Origin: Octopus sinensis
Taxonomy: Eukaryota
NCBI RefSeq assembly: GCF_006345805.1
Contig: NW_021836398.1
Coordinates: 1 to 26,932, forward strand
DNA length: 26,932 nucleotides
Reading direction: 5' to 3'
Positions within the stretch are counted from its first letter, which is position 1. Each line of letters begins with the position of its first letter. This document shows, one piece after another, positions 22,046 to 26,932 of the stretch. The notes under the pieces are model-generated. The model was given only the letters and a program-made list of their open reading frames with translations. It ran no database searches and was not told the DNA's origin. The translations under genes and the position numbers were made by a program.

Positions 22046-22446
22046 ACAATCGCCATATTGTTTTTATGGCTGCTTTTCCATTTGTTGGCAAAAGTGGAAC
22101 AAAACTCTTAGAGGCAGAATTCTGCAGATGGATGCCTTCCACGTCACCAGCCTTTACTTGTTTTCATTGTCAAGTAATCTTTATTCCATTGAAGTCTATA
22201 TGTCAGCAACCACTAAACTGCAGCATGTACTGTAGACAGGGGACACAAATCTGGTAACCCCATATCACTAACGAGGATGTCATGCACAGAAAACAGTCGA
22301 CATGTATGCACATATGTACATACACACACATGTGCATGCACACACAGACACACACACACAGACACACACAGTGCTGGTGCCATGTAAAAAGCACTGATTC
22401 TGGTGCCATATAAAAAGTGCACATGCCGGTGCCACTTAGGAAGTAC

Positions 22447-22800
22447 CGTGTTGGTGCCACATAAAAAGCACCTGTGCTGGTGCCGGGTAGAAAGCACCCA
22501 TGCTGGTGCCACATAAAAAGCACCTGTAACAGTACCGGGTAGAAAGCACCCATGCTGGTGCCACATAAAAAGCACCTGTGCCGGTGCCGGGTAGAAAGCA
22601 CCCATGCTGGTGTCACATAAAAAGCACCTGTAACAGTACCGGGTAGAAAGCACCCATGCTGGTGCCACATAAAAAGCACCTGTGCCGGTGCCGGGTAGAA
22701 AGCACCCATGCTGGTGTCACATAAAAAGCACCTGTAACAGTACCGGGTAGAAAGCACCCATGCTGGTGCCACATAAAAAGTACCTGTGCTGGTGTCATGT
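22447..22800 (+). repeat. 52-bp minisatellite (about 7 copies) inside a family C element spanning about 22370-23020
   Basis: CATGCTGGTG(C/T)CACATAAAAAGCACC-TGT(GCCGGTG|AACAGTA)CCGGGTAGAAAGCACC at 22499, 22551, 22603, 22655, 22707 and 22759; the family C tail follows. Confidence 0.95.
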
Positions 22801-23255
22801 TAGAGGCATCTGGCATCAGCGCTGGTGCTGATGCCATCTAAAAAAAAATTACCCAGTACACTCTGTAAAGTGGTTTGTGTCAGGAAGGGCATCAAGCTGT
22901 AGAAACTATATCAAAACAGAAATCAGAGCTTGATGTAGTGCTCCAGCTGGCCACTTCCTGTCAAGGCATCCAACCCATGCCAGCATGGAAAACTGATGAT
23001 GATGATGATGATGATGATCATGATGGTGACGATGGTTCTGTATTATTTTTGTCTATCAGTTTCACTCACAAGGCACAGGTTAGCACAAGGGCTGCAGTGA
23101 AGATACTTGCCTAAGGTGTTCTTGAGCAAATGGGATAAAGACTGCTCTTTTTTATTCTTTTACTCTTTTACTTGTTTCAGTTATTTGACTGCGGTCATAC
23201 TGGAGCACCGCCTTCAAACACACTAAAAAAGAGTAAAAGAGTGTATATATACACA

Positions 23256-23673
23256 GGCGCAGGAGTGGCTGTGTGGTAAGTAGCTTGCTTACCAACCACA
23301 TGGTTCCGGGTTCAGTCCCACTGCGTGGCACCTTGGGCAAGTGTCTTCTACTATAGCCTCGGGCCAACCAAAGCCTTGCGAGTGGATTTGGTAGACGGAA
23401 ACTGAAAGAAGCCTGTAGTATATATGTCTATATATATATATATGTGTGTGTGTGTGTATATGTTTGTGTTTGTCCCCCTAGCATTGCTTGACAACCGATG
23501 CTGGTGTGCTTATGTCCCCGTCACTTAGCGGTTCGGCAAAAGAGACCGATAGAATAAGTACTGGGCTTACAAAGGAATAAGTCCTGGGGTCGAGTTGCTC
23601 GATTAAAGGCGGTGCTCCAGCATGGCCGCAGTCAAATGACTGAAACAAGTAAAAGAGTAAAAAGAGTAAAGAG
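23256..23673 (+). mobile_element. Family A SINE, full length (reference copy); an antisense tail fragment lies at 23147-23215
   Basis: GGCGCAGGAGTGGCTGTGTGGTAAG head with Pol III boxes, internal (TA)(TG) tract and (AAAGAGT)n tail. Confidence 0.95.
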
Positions 23674-23799
23674 TATACACACTCTCACACACACACACAC
23701 ATGCTTCTAAGTTTCCTGCCATTTGGCTCAGTTTGAAGAATCCCTCATGCAATTCTGTTCTGCAACATTCTAATCACATATCTGTGGTACTGAAGCTGT

Positions 23800-23926
23800 G
23801 ACCTCTAAATACACCTAAAATTGAAGAATCTGAAGAATTTCTAAAGGTTTTTTTAGAAGAAACTAATGTTGAAAGCTTGTTCACCAACGTTCCAGTGGCA
23901 GAAAAACAAAAGAAACCATCCAGATT
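23800..23926 (+). pseudogene. Penelope-like element reverse transcriptase fragment
   Basis: Translates [25 protein letters not shown] then, after a frameshift, ETIQI; matches the PLE RT motif (D)[14 protein letters not shown]. Confidence 0.75.
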
Positions 23927-23947
23927 TCTGAGTGCCTCATTTCTTCT

Positions 23948-24125
23948 AATATATATGCATATATATGTGTGTGTATATGTATACATATATATTATATATA
24001 ATATATATATATATATATTATATATATAAATATATGTGTGTATATGTATATATATGTGTGTATATGTATATATATATGTGTATATGTATACATATATGTA
24101 TATATAGATATATATATATATACAT

Positions 24126-24180
<55 letters not shown>

Positions 24181-24280
24181 CTGTACATTATATGTATATA
24201 TATATGTACATTATATATGTATATATATATGTACATTATATATGTATATATATGTATATATATATGTATATATATGTATA

Positions 24281-24324
<44 letters not shown>

Positions 24325-24415
24325 TATACACACATACATTTATATACTCAGACATGTATACGCGTGGTGTCTGTATAAATGAGTGCATACACACACACAC
24401 ACACACATGTATAAT
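23948..24415. repeat. (TA)n/(TATG)n microsatellite
   Basis: Directly visible. Confidence 0.95.
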
Positions 24416-25019
24416 TATACATCTACACGCCCAATTTACCAAATAAATTTTTGGTTCTCTGCTTCTTCCTCTCTTTTCCCAGTGTTGTTAGTTCTGCTAG
24501 TGGCGCTGGTTTTGGGAGTGTTTAGACAGAATTTCAAACCTTGCTGGGGTATTAAATTCTTCAATGACATAATTGAAGCTCTAAATTTCGGTTTTGGTGC
24601 TATTAAGCACTGCAGTTTCTGCTAACCATTCTACCGGCACTGTTATCCAACACCTTACCTTACCCCACCTAGTCTTCCTAAAGTCTGGGAAAGGATTCCT
24701 GCTGTAAACATTTAAAAGTTTTGGGGGTTTTTTTTCCACCCTTGTCTTATTTTTTTGTATGTTTGAGGGTTTTTTTTTTCATTAAAACAGATTGCATCAC
24801 CGCCTTTCTCTCTCACTCTCCCCTCCCTCTCTCTCTCTATATGTGTGTGTGTGGTGTGTGTACATAGTATATGTGTATGTATTTACATGCATATGTGTGT
24901 GTGTATATATATATATATTTAAAACATGCATATTATATATATATATATATGAATAAATATATGTATAGATATATATGTAAAAATATATAAATACATATGC
25001 ACAAATATATGTATATACA

Positions 25020-25250
25020 TATATATGTATATATATATATATATATATGTATAAATATGTGTATATATATTTACATATATATATATAAATATATGTATAA
25101 ATACGTGTATATATACTTACATATATATATATAAATATATGTATAAATACGTGTATATATATTTACATATATATATATAAATATATGTATAAATACGTGT
25201 ATATATACTTACATATATATATATATATGTATAAATATCTATATATATAT
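25020..25250. repeat. 46-bp AT-rich minisatellite derived from (TA)n
   Basis: ATACGTG recurs at 25101, 25147 and 25193. Confidence 0.85.
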
Positions 25251-25744
25251 AAATATATATACATACATACATATACATGCACACACACACACACATATAT
25301 ATAACATTTTGTATGCTTGTATTCTGTTAATACACCTTCTGTTCCCCTCCCCCTCGTACTATTATTATTGTTGTTGTTCTGCTAACGGTTGACTGCTGAG
25401 TGAAATACCCCGCTGAGGTAGACTCTGCCATTTATCCTAAACCAGCATTTGATAACAAATTAATGTGCCATTTTTATCTCGTCCTCCCTGCAAAAGTACT
25501 CCCATTGCCAATTGAGGTACCATCATGATGTTTCTTGATCTGCCGGAAACAATAGCTGCCAAATCTCTCATCAGCTCACACCCTTAACTTTTTTGATTAA
25601 AACACACACACACGTTGGTTAATGTAGTCCTTGGTAAACTTATCTCAAGCGTTTAAAGGTCTTTTTACTCTTGCTAAATTTGGGGGTCAGCTTTGGAGAA
25701 CCTGTGATTATTTTCGTTTAGCTTTTCTCATTTATTTTTTTCAA

Positions 25745-26318
25745 TGATTATGGTGTGGCCATGCTGGGGCACCACCTTAAAGAATCTTTTAGTCGAGCGA
25801 ATCAACCCCAGGACTTAGATTTTAAAGCCTGGTTCTTATTCTATTGGTCTCTTTTAATAATGATGATAGTGATGATGATGGTGATGATGATGATGATGGT
25901 GGTAGTGATGATGATGATGATGGTGTTGATTATGATGATGGTGGTGATGATGATCGTGGTGATGATGATGATGATGGTGGTGATGATGGTGATGGTGATG
26001 ATGATGGTGATGATGGTGGTGATGGTGGTGATGATGATTGGGATTGTGATGATGATGGTGATTGCGATGATGATGCTGACAATGATGGCGATGATGATGA
26101 TGACACTAAGTTACAGGGGTGTAAACATACCAACACCAAACACACATGCACACTCATACGACAGGCTTCTTTCAGTTTTCATCTACTGAATTCACTTGCA
26201 AGTCTTTGGTTGACCCAGGGCTATAGAAGAAGACACTCGCCCAAAGTGCCATGCAGTGGGACTGAACCCAGAACCATGCGGTTGGGAAGTAAAACTTCTT
26301 ACCTCACAGCCACGCCTA
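25745..26318 (-). mobile_element. Diverged family A SINE interrupted by a (GAT/GGT)n tract of about 250 bp (25856-26103)
   Basis: SINE sequence stops at CTATTGGTCTCTTTT and resumes at CACTAAGTTACAGGGG. Confidence 0.85.
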
Positions 26319-26448
26319 CGTCTGAAGATATATTCAGTATTGCATCCCAGTGTTACTCATGGCCATCTTTTCTGGCTGCGTGTTCTGTTCTTCGTGGTCC
26401 CAACCAAAACCCTTTTAGTCCACTTCTTGCAAAACACTGGTACCTGGT

Positions 26449-26790
26449 GTCATCATCATCATCATCATCAGTCTATTTTCCATGCTGGCATGAGTTGGAT
26501 GATTTGACAGGAGCTGACCACCTGAAGAGCTGGCCAGGTTCCATGCTGGCTTTGGCATGGTTACTACGGCTGGAAGCCTTTCCTAATGCCGACCACTTCA
26601 CAGAGTGTACTTACTGCCTTTTTTAACACAGGTGCTTTCACGTGTCCCTGGCACGAGCTCTTTTCAACTAGGCACCAGCACCCATGAGCCTGCAAGATGA
26701 AAATCGCTCTGCCAAAGTGGGATACAGGGGACGTGCCTGGATGCGAGGACGACCATGAATTTTTACTTGGGTTGACATGTCTTTCCAAGT
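26449..26790 (-). mobile_element. RTE LINE / family C 3' end
   Basis: (CAT)n tail, CCTTTCCTAATGCCGACCACTT; minus-strand LGKTCQPK* parallels LEKRCQAK* of 5856-6280. Confidence 0.75.
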
Positions 26791-26932
26791 GGTGGATAAA
26801 TTCTAAAACCAAGAGACATACCGTTACCTAGATACAGTCTTTTATTTTCTGTTTGTTCTGAGTCATTGAGCTCTGGCCATGCTGGGGCTCTGCATTACAG
26901 AGATTTATACATTATTTACATTTGATGGATAT

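Noticed and set aside
22447-22800. CRISPR-like regular array
   Set aside because: No unique spacers, no cas genes, eukaryotic retroposon context.
23256-23330. tRNA genes at SINE heads (also 3975-4045)
   Set aside because: Pol III boxes are present but there is no complete cloverleaf, and they run into SINE bodies.
23830-23875. CTGAAGA...GAAAC..GTT hammerhead-like string
   Set aside because: No stem I, and it lies within the RT coding relic.
25755-26626. 260-aa Asp/Gly-rich ORF and 144-aa Met-rich ORF
   Set aside because: (GAT)n tract plus antisense SINE sequence; no real domain.

Overview
AT-rich, repeat-saturated eukaryotic non-coding DNA (intronic or intergenic). The SINE families and the (TA)n/(CA)n/(GAT)n microsatellite load look like a cephalopod (Octopus-like) genome; that assignment is my recognition, not a database result. 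No intact protein-coding gene is supported, and almost all listed ORFs are microsatellite or SINE translations. The window holds many tRNA-derived SINEs, decayed fragments of a Tc1/mariner transposase, RTE-clade LINEs and a Penelope-like reverse transcriptase, TTAA-flanked piggyBac-type MITEs, long palindromes, a hierarchical minisatellite and a 1.73-kb tandem duplication. The most notable signal is a set of short (TA)n-flanked elements carrying type I hammerhead ribozyme motifs. One canonical hammerhead lies inside a 585-bp unit with 154-bp direct terminal repeats (retrozyme or Penelope pLTR-like). A second has a canonical core, and other families carry compensatory core variants (U3-A8, G3-C8) or an A6U change. 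All ribozyme calls were folded by eye and are untested.
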